Positions 16,775-25,512 of a stretch of DNA of 32,000 nt are shown here, in pieces (within the stretch, counting starts at the first letter, position 1; each line of letters opens with the position of its first letter). The position numbers were made by a program, and so were the translations under genes. The notes beneath the pieces are model-generated. The model saw nothing but the letters and a program-made list of their open reading frames with translations. It ran no database searches and was not told where the DNA came from. Source of the stretch: Caldimicrobium thiodismutans (GTDB lineage Bacteria > Desulfobacterota > Thermodesulfobacteria > Thermodesulfobacteriales > Thermodesulfobacteriaceae); NCBI RefSeq assembly GCF_001548275.1, contig NZ_AP014945.1:1380001-1412000 (forward strand), read 5' to 3'.

Positions 16775-19177
16775 TTAGCGAGGACTGGCCTTAAATTTCT
16801 CCAGTATGCGTTTATTTAAATCCCCTTGCAGGGCATTAACCTCTTCATCAAGAAGGGTTTTCTCAGATGCTCTATACCAGAATCTCAGGGTAATGCTTTT
16901 TTTATTCTCAGGAATGGTCGGACCCTCGTAAAGATCAAAAAGTTCAACCTTTTCAAGATAGGGCCACTCTAAGGATTTAATATAGTCTAAGACCTCTTGA
17001 ACAGGGATATTCTTATCCATTATACAACTTAAATCCCTGAAAGTAGAGGGGAATTTAGGTGGTTTCCTTATTTCAAATTTTTCCCTTAATTCAGAATAGA
17101 TTTCAATTATATCTGAAAGTTCAATCTCAGCCACCCAAAAGGGACCTTTAAGGTCAAGCTCTTCAAGAATAAATTGTTTAACAGCACCAGCAAAGCCAAT
17201 TTTATTTCCCTTTAAATAAAGATCAAAGGATTGTCCTTTCTTCAAAAAGGGCTCAACTGAAAAGGGCTTTAATTCCATCGGAATTTTAAGAGCAGAAAAG
17301 AGCTCTTCCAAAATCCCCTTTAAATCAAAAGGGTCCAGAGGCCTCCTGTGCCCTTCCCAGGGGAGAAGCCTTTTATATCCTTTTAACAATATCCCCAGTT
17401 TGACTCTTTCCTGAGCAAGAGCTTCATCTGGGAAAAAGACCTTACCCAACTCAAAAAGGGAGAGATCTTCAACCTCCCTTGAGGCATTGAATTTGGCCAC
17501 CTCTATGAGCCCGGGAAGAAGACTCGTTCTCATAATTGAAAGATGTGAGGCAATGGGGTTTGAGAGTTCAAGATACCTTGCTCTTGGATCTTCAGAAGAG
17601 AGATTAAGTTTTTTCAGGGTCTCGGGATTTATAAAACTATAAGTAATAACCTCGGTTAATCCAAAACCAGTTAAAAGAGTTTTGATCTTTTTTTCTAAGG
17701 TAAAGAAGATATCAGGGGTTTTAACCTTGAGTTCTACCTGAGGGTAAGTGGTAGGGATTTTGTCGTAGCCATAGAGTCTCGCTATCTCCTCAATAAGATC
17801 TTCAGGAATAGTAAGGTCCTGTCTGTAAGAATGGGGTTTAACCTGATAAAGGCCTTTAGGATTTGCAAATTCTCCAAGTTTTTTAAGGGTCTTTTCCATA
17901 ATGTCTGGCTCAATTTCAAAGCCAAGGACATGAAAGATTTTTTGAGGTGTGATCTCAATGCAAGGAGGAATAAAGGGCTTGGGATAGAGATCAATGATCT
18001 CCGATATTTCTGAGGGATTAACCATCTTGAGAATCAATTCAGAGGCCCTTAAAAGCCCGGTTAAAACTCCCTCAGGGTCAACCTTTCTTTCAAAACGATA
18101 ACTGCTTTCTGTGGTTAAACGGTGTTTCTGGCCGGAAAGTCTTATACTTTTTGGATTGAACCAGGCAGATTCAAGAAAGATCTCCTCTGTTTCTTCTGTA
18201 ACTCCTGAGTCTTCACCACCCATGATGCCTGCAAGAACCAAGGCCTTTTCTGCATCTGCTATAACAAGATCCTCTTCTGTAAAGAGCCTTTCAACGCCAT
18301 CCAGCATAAGAAGTTTCTCTTGAACTTTAGCCCTCCGGATAATTATTTCTTTTCCAGCAATCTTTTTCCAATCAAAGGCATGCAGAGGCTGACCTATCTC
18401 CAGAAGCACATAATTGGTTATATCAACGATATTATTGATAGGTCTAAGACCACAGAGAAAAAGCCTCTTTCTGAGAAAAAAGGGACTTTCACCAACCTTT
18501 ATACCAGCAAAATATCTTCCTGTGTATCTAAAACAACCCTCTTTATCTAAAAGAGATATTTTTCCTGGAAAGGGACTACCTTTTCTTAAAGTCTCTTCAA
18601 ATTTAAGAGGTTTTAAAGGCCAGCCACAGATAAGATTTAACTCCCTTGCTATACCCAGAATTGAAAGAAGGTCTCCTCGATTGGGGGTTATGGCAATATC
18701 AAGCACTGGTTCAGAAACCTTTAAGACTTGATAAATAGATACCCCAATAGGAGTATCCTCTGGGAAGGTAAGGAGACGATCCTTTTCCTCAGAAATTCCA
18801 GCTTCAAAAGGCGAAAGGAACATGCCTTCTGAAGGATAGCCCTTTAACTCTCTTGGCTCAATCTTTTGATGGGTAAAAGTAAGGCTCCCGGATGTAGCCA
18901 GCCCAAGAATTAAGCCCGGTTTGACTTGATCCTTTGCTGTGGTAAAGACATAAAAATCCCTTTTTCCATCCGTGACCTTACATAAGACAACCTCTTTCAG
19001 GCCTTCAGGTTGAAGTATTTCAAGGACCTTAACTGTAATGAGGCTTCCAAGTTTAGCATAGGGGTCATAAATCTCTTCAACTTCATGCCCGGAAAGAGTG
19101 AGAATCTCTGCGATTTCTTCAGGTGATTTTTTTAATTCAATAAATTCAGATAGCCAGCTTACAGGAACTCTCATCAA
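16775..19177 (-). CDS. pheT: Phenylalanine--tRNA ligase beta subunit
   Basis: 800 aa. N-terminal MRVPVSWL, a tRNA-binding domain, B3/4 and B5 domains and a C-terminal FDX-ACB-like end. Confidence 0.95.
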   Translation of the reverse strand: MMRVPVSWLSEFIELKKSPEEIAEILTLSGHEVEEIYDPYAKLGSLITVKVLEILQPEGLKEVVLCKVTDGKRDFYVFTTAKDQVKPGLILGLATSGSLTFTHQKIEPRELKGYPSEGMFLSPFEAGISEEKDRLLTFPEDTPIGVSIYQVLKVSEPVLDIAITPNRGDLLSILGIARELNLICGWPLKPLKFEETLRKGSPFPGKISLLDKEGCFRYTGRYFAGIKVGESPFFLRKRLFLCGLRPINNIVDITNYVLLEIGQPLHAFDWKKIAGKEIIIRRAKVQEKLLMLDGVERLFTEEDLVIADAEKALVLAGIMGGEDSGVTEETEEIFLESAWFNPKSIRLSGQKHRLTTESSYRFERKVDPEGVLTGLLRASELILKMVNPSEISEIIDLYPKPFIPPCIEITPQKIFHVLGFEIEPDIMEKTLKKLGEFANPKGLYQVKPHSYRQDLTIPEDLIEEIARLYGYDKIPTTYPQVELKVKTPDIFFTLEKKIKTLLTGFGLTEVITYSFINPETLKKLNLSSEDPRARYLELSNPIASHLSIMRTSLLPGLIEVAKFNASREVEDLSLFELGKVFFPDEALAQERVKLGILLKGYKRLLPWEGHRRPLDPFDLKGILEELFSALKIPMELKPFSVEPFLKKGQSFDLYLKGNKIGFAGAVKQFILEELDLKGPFWVAEIELSDIIEIYSELREKFEIRKPPKFPSTFRDLSCIMDKNIPVQEVLDYIKSLEWPYLEKVELFDLYEGPTIPENKKSITLRFWYRASEKTLLDEEVNALQGDLNKRILEKFKASPR

Positions 19178-19182
19178 AACCT

Positions 19183-20196
19183 CTATTTAAAAGATTCAAG
19201 AAAATAAAGATGGTTATCAAAGAAGAGTCTTATATCATCTATTTCAAATTTAATCATAGCTATTCTTTCAACTCCAAGGCCAAAGGCAAAGCCCTGCCAT
19301 TTTGAGGTATCATAATTTACCCCTTTTAAAACCTCAGGATGAACCATGCCTGCTCCAAGGATCTCAAGCCAGCCAGTCTGACTGCAAACCCTGCATCCCT
19401 TGCCATCACAGATTACACAGCTTATATCCATCTCCACACTTGGCTCTGTGAAGGGGAAATAACTGGGTCTGAATCTCACCCGGGTCTTCTCTCCAAAGGT
19501 CTCCCTTGCAAAAAAGGAAAGAATTCCCTTTAAATCAGAAAAGCTAACTTTTTCGTCAATCATAAGACCTTCAACCTGATGAAACATGGGAGAATGCCTT
19601 ACATCGGCATCACAGCGATAAACCTTCCCTGGGGCAATAATTCTCAACGGAGGGGTCCTTTCAAGCATGGCTCTTATTTGCATGGGTGAGGTATGGGTTC
19701 TTAAGAGAGCTCCATTTTTAAGATAGAAAGTTGCCTGCATGTCCCTTGCAGGATGCCACTCTGGAATATTTAAGGCTGTAAAATTATAATAGTCTGACTC
19801 TACCTCAGGACCTGTAACGATTTCAAAACCAAGACGGGTAAAGATTGCACAGATTTCTTCAATAATCAGAGTTAAGGGATGAAGGGTTCCTCTTTCTGGC
19901 CTTCTTCCCGGTAAAGTCAGGTCAAGCCCTACCTCTTTATCCTCCTCAGCTATAATCAGGGCCTTCCTTTTTTGAAACAGGGCCTCTTCAAGATAGATCT
20001 TCAGCTCATTAAGAAGAGAACCCGCTCTTTTTTTCTCCTCCAAGGGTAGATCTTTTAATGATTTAAGGGCCTGAGTGAGTTCGCCTTTTTTACCAAGAAA
20101 TTTTATTCTAAAGGCCTCAAGGCCTGAAAGATCAGAAACTTCCTCTAATTCTCTTAGAGCAAGTTCTCTAAGCTTGTGAATCTCTTCAAGATTCAT
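19183..20196 (-). CDS. pheS: Phenylalanine--tRNA ligase alpha subunit
   Basis: Class II motifs: HPARDMQATFY, FRPSYFPFTEPS, GAGMVHP, GFAFGLGVERIAM. Confidence 0.95.
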   Translation of the reverse strand: MNLEEIHKLRELALRELEEVSDLSGLEAFRIKFLGKKGELTQALKSLKDLPLEEKKRAGSLLNELKIYLEEALFQKRKALIIAEEDKEVGLDLTLPGRRPERGTLHPLTLIIEEICAIFTRLGFEIVTGPEVESDYYNFTALNIPEWHPARDMQATFYLKNGALLRTHTSPMQIRAMLERTPPLRIIAPGKVYRCDADVRHSPMFHQVEGLMIDEKVSFSDLKGILSFFARETFGEKTRVRFRPSYFPFTEPSVEMDISCVICDGKGCRVCSQTGWLEILGAGMVHPEVLKGVNYDTSKWQGFAFGLGVERIAMIKFEIDDIRLFFDNHLYFLESFK

Positions 20197-20553
20197 TTAT
20201 TGCCAGGCTTTTTTGGCCACTTCAGCTAATTTTCCAAAGGTCTCTGGTTCGGTAACGGCAAGATAGGCAAGTACCTTTCTGTCAAGGGAAACTCCTGCTT
20301 TTTTAAGCCCACCCATAAATTGGCTGTAATTCAAACCATGAAGTCTTACCGCAGCTCCAATACGAACCTGCCAGAGTTTGCGAAATTCCCTTTTTTTATT
20401 GCGTCTATCTCTGTAAGCATAAACAAGGGCTCTTTCTAAGGTTTCTTTGGCCCTCCTGAAGACATTTTTTCTCTGCCCCCAGTATCCCTTGGTGAGTTTT
20501 AAAATCTTTTTATGTCTTCTTCTGGTTTTAACACCACCTTTAGCTCTGGGCAT
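20197..20553 (-). CDS. rplT: 50S ribosomal protein L20
   Basis: [24 protein letters not shown]... is the canonical L20 N-terminus. Confidence 0.95.
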   Translation of the reverse strand: MPRAKGGVKTRRRHKKILKLTKGYWGQRKNVFRRAKETLERALVYAYRDRRNKKREFRKLWQVRIGAAVRLHGLNYSQFMGGLKKAGVSLDRKVLAYLAVTEPETFGKLAEVAKKAWQ

Positions 20554-20589
20554 AAGTCCTTACCTCCCTGAAAAGTATAGATATTTTTC

Positions 20590-20790
20590 TTAAAGTTTAT
20601 CAGCTATGGCCTTAGCTATGTGAGAGTAGTAACCCTTAAAGAGTTCTTTATATTTGCCAAGGGCCCTTTTGGCCTTAGAGCTCCTCTTTCTGAGAAGGTG
20701 TCTTTTCCCGCATTTTTTATGCATAATCTTACCTGTGGCAGTAACTTTAAACCTCTTGGCAGCGCTCCTGTTAGTTTTCATCTTGGGCAT
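20590..20790 (-). CDS. rpmI: 50S ribosomal protein L35
   Basis: [21 protein letters not shown]... is the canonical L35 sequence. Confidence 0.95.
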   Translation of the reverse strand: MPKMKTNRSAAKRFKVTATGKIMHKKCGKRHLLRKRSSKAKRALGKYKELFKGYYSHIAKAIADKL

Positions 20791-20811
20791 AGCAGATCAC
20801 TCCTTTTATTT

Positions 20812-21921
20812 TTATTGAATTTCCAAGTTTACCCTATTTTTAGGTAAATACAACCCCCTATAAAACCATTCTATACCTAAAAATCCCTTTTTAGTTTCAT
20901 ACTCTATGTAATCTCCTATCTCTACTTGATAATAAAAGTTTTTTGAAACACTAAGGCTGTCGCAGAGTTTTTTCTCTTTATGTAAATTTGAGAGGGTAAG
21001 CCTGTATCCTCTTTTAATGCTGTAATATTTTGACTCAATTCTATCTCTTTTAATCTGAGAAGGGGATGTATCAAACCTTCCATTAATATAAGAGAGAAAA
21101 AAGAGACTTATGAAGAAAATACAAACAAAAAAGACCAAAAAACCACTTCCTAAGATTCTCTGATATAATCCATAACCTCCCACATAAAAACAAAGAAAAC
21201 CCAAATAGATGAGCACAAAAGGTGTGAAAAGTTTGTATCCAAAAAAGACAATTTCAAGAGGACAAAGGGGGTTGTATTGATAAAATCTTCCCACTATACC
21301 TACTAAGCAGGCTATAAGGGTTAAAAGTATAGGTAGTTTAAAAAGAAGTAAATTTCTTAAATCTTCTTTGTAGCGCCATGAGCTTGGGAGGGTAGAAAGA
21401 ACAAAAGCAGTATCTTTAAGTAAATTAAGTGCTTGATGCACTTTGTCGGTGCTGACTTCAAAGGGGGACCTTTTTATGTTCCAGCCAATAGTTAAGGTAT
21501 TTTTTCTTATCTCTAATCTATCAATGGATGCCTCTTCAAGAAGTTTTCGTAAAAGCACCTTAAAGGTCTGATGACTTGTTAGCCTTTCAAACCATTCCTT
21601 GTCCTCATATTCTACTGCAAGATCCTGGTAAGTGAGCTGTCTTGTTAATTTATCAAAGATGTCTGTCTTTCTAAGGGTAAGAAACCCGGTAAAGTTGGTT
21701 CTTATCTTAAGATTTAATCTTTTTCCTTTATAATCAGAGGTAAATACCTCAATATTAAGTCCTCCAAAATTAAGCACTCCTTTGGGGTTGATAAGGCGAT
21801 GGGTTCCCACAAGTTGTGCTCCTAATAAAGCCAAAAAGTCTGCTCTAACTCGCCAGAACTTTACTAAGTTATAAATAATTAAGAGAAGAAAGAAGAAAAT
21901 TATTAACAAGTAAAATTCCAT
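20812..21921 (-). CDS. Hypothetical multi-pass membrane protein (369 aa) occupying the usual infC position
   Basis: Start moved to ATG 21921 (MEFYLLIIFFF...), preceded by AAAAGGGG. It has an N-terminal TM, a ~230-aa soluble region, 3-4 TM segments and a ~90-aa C-terminal domain. No motif recognised. Confidence 0.6.
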   Translation of the reverse strand: MEFYLLIIFFFLLLIIYNLVKFWRVRADFLALLGAQLVGTHRLINPKGVLNFGGLNIEVFTSDYKGKRLNLKIRTNFTGFLTLRKTDIFDKLTRQLTYQDLAVEYEDKEWFERLTSHQTFKVLLRKLLEEASIDRLEIRKNTLTIGWNIKRSPFEVSTDKVHQALNLLKDTAFVLSTLPSSWRYKEDLRNLLLFKLPILLTLIACLVGIVGRFYQYNPLCPLEIVFFGYKLFTPFVLIYLGFLCFYVGGYGLYQRILGSGFLVFFVCIFFISLFFLSYINGRFDTSPSQIKRDRIESKYYSIKRGYRLTLSNLHKEKKLCDSLSVSKNFYYQVEIGDYIEYETKKGFLGIEWFYRGLYLPKNRVNLEIQ

Positions 21922-21967
21922 AAGCCCCTTTTGGGAGTTAGCATCATTTAATTGATTAAATAACTTT

Positions 21968-21996
21968 ATGATAGCGTCGGTAATAGCGTATGTCAA
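21968..21996 (-). promoter_or_regulatory. Putative promoter of the membrane protein/rpmI-rplT-pheST operon (-35 TTGACA, 17 nt spacer, -10 TATCAT)
   Basis: The minus strand reads TTGACA tacgctattaccgacgc TATCAT about 45 nt upstream of ATG 21921. Confidence 0.5.
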
Positions 21997-22001
21997 TGCG
22001 G

Positions 22002-22130
22002 TGCATAAGTTCAGATCCTTACAAGAAAAAGAAAGGGTGGTAAAACTGTGAAAAGGTGAGTAGTGAGAAGTAGTAGAAAAAATTCTTTTGAGTTTCAATA
22101 GATATGGAGGCATACCTTATCTTGACAATT
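22002..22130 (+). repeat. Intergenic cassette copy B (left arm, purine tract with heptads, right arm with TTGACA)
   Basis: 22002-22040 matches 29550-29588 at 35/39 positions, including an identical 18-mer AAGAAAAAGAAAGGGTGG. 22101-22130 matches 27401-27430 at 26/30. Confidence 0.8.
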
Positions 22131-22150
22131 CCCATTTTAAGTTTTTCATA
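22122..22150 (+). promoter_or_regulatory. Putative rlmE promoter inside cassette B (-35 TTGACA 22122-22127; weak -10 TTCATA 22145-22150)
   Basis: Consensus -35, but the -10 is poor. The predicted start lies about at ATG 22157. Confidence 0.3.
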
Positions 22151-22156
22151 GGATCT

Positions 22157-22753
22157 ATGAAGTCTTCCAAGAAGAATCCCTGGTTTGACAAATGGGCAGA
22201 ACTTGCTAAGAAGAAGGGCTATCCTGCTCGCTCTGTTTTTAAGCTAATGGAGATTCAGGAAAAATTTAAAATTATAAAGCCTGGATATAAGGTTCTGGAT
22301 CTTGGAGCAAGCCCTGGCTCCTGGTCTCAGTTTGTTTGTGAAATTATAGGGCCTCAGGGGCATGCTGTGGGAGTTGACCTTGAACCAGTTAAATTTAAAT
22401 CCAATTTATTCACCTTTTTGCAAAAAGATGTTTTTGAACTCACCGAAGATGAGCTTAAAAGCCTTGGATTTAGTGAGTTTGACCTTATTCTTAGTGATAT
22501 GGCCCCCAAAACTACCGGCATTCAAATCAGAGATCATATCCAGTCCGTGGAACTATCTCTCAGAGCCCTTGAACTTGCTAAGAATTTACTACGAAAAGGA
22601 GGGACCCTTCTTGTAAAGATCTTTGATGGACCAGAGTTTCCAAAGGTGCGCAAGGAATTTGAAAAAATCTTTCAAAGTGTTAAAATTCTTAAACCAAAAG
22701 CTACCCGTAAAGGGAGTAAGGAGCTTTTTTTGTTGGCTCTAAATAAAAAATGA
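22157..22753 (+). CDS. rlmE: 23S rRNA (uridine2552-2'-O)-methyltransferase RlmE/FtsJ
   Basis: ARSVFKLMEIQEKF..IKPG..VLDLGASPGSWSQ, ILSDMAPK.TG and LLVKIF resemble E. coli RlmE. Start moved to ATG 22157, because the upstream part of the track ORF crosses the repeat. Confidence 0.85.
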   Translation: MKSSKKNPWFDKWAELAKKKGYPARSVFKLMEIQEKFKIIKPGYKVLDLGASPGSWSQFVCEIIGPQGHAVGVDLEPVKFKSNLFTFLQKDVFELTEDELKSLGFSEFDLILSDMAPKTTGIQIRDHIQSVELSLRALELAKNLLRKGGTLLVKIFDGPEFPKVRKEFEKIFQSVKILKPKATRKGSKELFLLALNKK

Positions 22754-23910
22754 GAATACTTTTAACTTCAGATTGGCATCTCGGGAAAAATATCTTTCAA
22801 AAAAAACTTCTTTCTGAGCAGGCCCTTTTCTTTGAGAATTCTTTTTTTCCTTTACTTAAAGAGGTAAGACCTGATTTTTTAATTGTAGCAGGGGATATTT
22901 TAGATAAACCTTTGCCTGATCAGGAAACCCTCTTTTTTTATGAGGATCTTTTAAGGAGGCTCTCTGACCTTAAAATTACCTCTCTATTAATCTTAGGAAA
23001 TCACGATTCAAGGAGAACCTCCCTGCATAAACATTTTATTGAACTTGCAGGCATACACCTTATTGATGACCTTAAATTTTTTTCTAAACCCTTTATCTGG
23101 AAGGATAAATCTGGAAAACACCTCAATTTATATATACTCCCCTATCTCCCTCTCTATGAATTGTTGGAAAAGGCCTTAAGTCAGGGATTTTTCTATTCAT
23201 CTGAGGAAATTACTTTTACCACTCTTTTTGAAGCCCTTCTTTCACAGATTGAAATAAAAAGGCCTGCTTTTTTAGTCTCCCATTTTGCTGTGGATAAAGC
23301 TATCTCTTGTGGTGAGGAGATTTCAATCCGGGGCTATACCTCAGATTATGTATTCTCAGAGAAACTTTTTTCCTGCTTTGATGCTCTCTTACTGGGCCAT
23401 CTTCATCGTCCCCAGGTGCTTGAAGAGAGATTTTTTTATCCCGGTGCCCCTCTTCCTTATTCCTTTGAAAATTACTCTGATCAAAGAGGCCTTTTTTTCT
23501 TGGAATGGGATGGCAGAAGTCTTTCTTCTGAATTTATTTGCCTTAAACCTCCTTACGAATTAAGGATAATTAAAGGTCTATTTGAGAAACTTTTGCAGAT
23601 GGAGAAAACCAATGCCTATATTAAGGTTATCCTTGAGGATAAATTGCCTATTTTTGATGCTCATCAAAAATTAAAAGAGCACTTTCCCAATCTTCTTCAC
23701 CTTGAGTATGAGGAAGAAGAAATCTTATTAGAGGGCCAGACTATTCATGAAGAACTGAGGTCATCAGAGCTTGATGAACGGGTTTTATTTTGTGAATTTT
23801 ATAACTATGTAGAGAAAAAGGAGATGGATGAAAGGCTCTGGGAGGTCTTTAATAAGTACTTAGAAGATTTTTATAAAAATGAAAGAAAGGAGGGAAGATT
23901 ATGCCAGTAA
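22750..23910 (+). CDS. sbcD: SbcD/Mre11-family nuclease (calcineurin-like phosphoesterase)
   Basis: Motifs MRILLTSDWHLG, VAGDILD, LGNHD and GHLH. ATGA overlap with the rlmE stop. Confidence 0.75.
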   Translation: MRILLTSDWHLGKNIFQKKLLSEQALFFENSFFPLLKEVRPDFLIVAGDILDKPLPDQETLFFYEDLLRRLSDLKITSLLILGNHDSRRTSLHKHFIELAGIHLIDDLKFFSKPFIWKDKSGKHLNLYILPYLPLYELLEKALSQGFFYSSEEITFTTLFEALLSQIEIKRPAFLVSHFAVDKAISCGEEISIRGYTSDYVFSEKLFSCFDALLLGHLHRPQVLEERFFYPGAPLPYSFENYSDQRGLFFLEWDGRSLSSEFICLKPPYELRIIKGLFEKLLQMEKTNAYIKVILEDKLPIFDAHQKLKEHFPNLLHLEYEEEEILLEGQTIHEELRSSELDERVLFCEFYNYVEKKEMDERLWEVFNKYLEDFYKNERKEGRLCQ

Positions 23911-24713
23911 AGGTAATAGTTGCAGGTGCAGGGGGGCGCATGGGAAAGACGCTATGTCAACTCATTTTTCAGCATCCCGAGTTAGATGTGGTTGGTGCCT
24001 TTGAGGCCCCTGAAAATCCCTTTGTAGGGAAAGACTTGGGAGAGGTGATTGGGCTTCCAAAAACAGGTATCCCAATTGAGGACTCCTTAGAAAAGGTGAT
24101 TGAAAAAGGGGATGTTATTATTGATTTTACCTTTCATAAGGCCAGTCTCAAACATGCCCAAATTAACTCAAGATACGGGAAGGCCATGGTGCTTGGAACA
24201 ACTGGATTTTCAAAGGATGAGCTTTCTGAGATTCACGAGCTTGCTAAAAGGAGTTTTCCCCTTGTGCAGGATTATAACATGAGTACAGGAGTAAATCTCT
24301 TAACCAAACTTGTTGAGGTTACCGCAAGGGTTCTTTCTGAGGGATATGATATTGAGATAATTGAGGCTCATCACCGTATGAAAAAGGATGCTCCCAGTGG
24401 AACAGCGCTCAAACTTGCTCAGGCTATTGCCAAGGCCCTTGGAAGAAGTGAAGAGCATTTCAGATTTTGCCGGGAGGGAATTATTGGAGAGAGATCCCCT
24501 TTAGAGATAGGTATTCAGACTGTAAGAGGAGGTGATATTGTTGGGGAACACACGGTTATGTTTGCAGGCATTGGAGAAAGAATTGAGCTCACACACCGGG
24601 CAAGCTCAAGGGAGACCTTTGCCAGAGGGGCCCTAAGAGCAGCTCTCTGGGTAGTGGGGAAGGCCCCTGGTGTTTATACCATGCTTGATGTCCTTGGTTT
24701 ACGGGAGCTATGA
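23901..24713 (+). CDS. dapB: 4-hydroxy-tetrahydrodipicolinate reductase
   Basis: VKVIVAGAGGRMG and the EAHHRMKKDAPSGTA signature. Confidence 0.95.
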   Translation: MPVKVIVAGAGGRMGKTLCQLIFQHPELDVVGAFEAPENPFVGKDLGEVIGLPKTGIPIEDSLEKVIEKGDVIIDFTFHKASLKHAQINSRYGKAMVLGTTGFSKDELSEIHELAKRSFPLVQDYNMSTGVNLLTKLVEVTARVLSEGYDIEIIEAHHRMKKDAPSGTALKLAQAIAKALGRSEEHFRFCREGIIGERSPLEIGIQTVRGGDIVGEHTVMFAGIGERIELTHRASSRETFARGALRAALWVVGKAPGVYTMLDVLGLREL

Positions 24714-25510
24714 GTATGGAGAGACCACAAGAATGTTCCTCTCCTGAATGGGAAAGATTTTTTAAGGATTTTCGTAAGCATTCCCCTTTAAAGGAAGTTA
24801 GGTTTATTCTGGCTGTGGGAAGTGGTAAGGGTGGGGTAGGGAAGACAACTCTTTCTGTTCTTCTTGCCCTGGCCCTGAAAGGAGAAGGTTTTTCTGTGGG
24901 ACTCTTTGATCTTGATTTTTATGGACCAAATAGTGCTCTACTTTTAAGCCCAGAAAAAGTTCAGCCAGCCACAGATGTAGGAGGATATAAGCCTGTTTCC
25001 CTTGAAGGAATAAAGGTTATGAGCCTTTCCTTTCTTATCACGGAGAAGGAACCTATTTTTATGCGAGGTCTTATGGCTGGAAAACTTCTCCAGGAACTAA
25101 CTCAAAGGGTTCTCTGGGGGCCTCTTGATTTTCTAATTTTGGATCTTCCCCCTGGCACAGGGGATATTTTTTTAACGATGCTTGATCTTTACTCACCAGA
25201 TGGATTTATTTTGATTACCACACCCCACAAACTTGCCCTGGCAGATAGTCTTCGCACTGCAACTATCCTTAAAGAAAAAAAGATCCCCCTTTTGGGGGTT
25301 GTGAAAAATATGAGTGATCTTTTCGGTAAAGAGGACTCCTTTGAGGCCTTTTTAAAGGAGATAAAGGCTCCACTGCTTTTTGAACTTCCCTTTTTAAAGG
25401 AGCTCACTGAAAAGGAGACCATAAGTGAGATCGTAGACACCCCCTGGGGCAATAGGGAATTAAAAATTTTATCTCAAAACCTTTTAAAACGAATCTTTAG
25501 GGTGCATTGA
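24710..25510 (+). CDS. Mrp/NBP35/ApbC-family P-loop ATPase
   Basis: Deviant Walker A (VGSGKGGVGKTT) and DLPPGTGD. No CxxC Fe-S scaffold motif seen. Confidence 0.8.
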   Translation: MSMERPQECSSPEWERFFKDFRKHSPLKEVRFILAVGSGKGGVGKTTLSVLLALALKGEGFSVGLFDLDFYGPNSALLLSPEKVQPATDVGGYKPVSLEGIKVMSLSFLITEKEPIFMRGLMAGKLLQELTQRVLWGPLDFLILDLPPGTGDIFLTMLDLYSPDGFILITTPHKLALADSLRTATILKEKKIPLLGVVKNMSDLFGKEDSFEAFLKEIKAPLLFELPFLKELTEKETISEIVDTPWGNRELKILSQNLLKRIFRVH

Positions 25511-25512
25511 GA

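Noticed and set aside
21922-22113. N-terminal 64 codons of track ORF 20812..22113 (MPPYLLKLKRIFSTTSHY...).
   Set aside because: This part is translated across the intergenic repeat cassette and across the predicted TTGACA/TATCAT promoter. An internal ATG at 21921 has an AAAAGGGG SD and begins a proper TM helix. The extension is treated as non-coding.
22100-22122. Inverted repeat AGATA-N13-TATCT overlapping the -35 box, as a dimeric regulator site.
   Set aside because: It is perfect only in copy B. Copies D and E match 4/5 and 3/5 of the 5-bp arms, which is too short and too variable to distinguish from chance.
22088-22156. TTG-initiated extension of the rlmE ORF (MSFNRYGGIPYLDNSHFKFFIGS).
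   Set aside because: It overlaps the cassette right arm and its -35 box. The RlmE homology starts at MKSSKK (ATG 22157).
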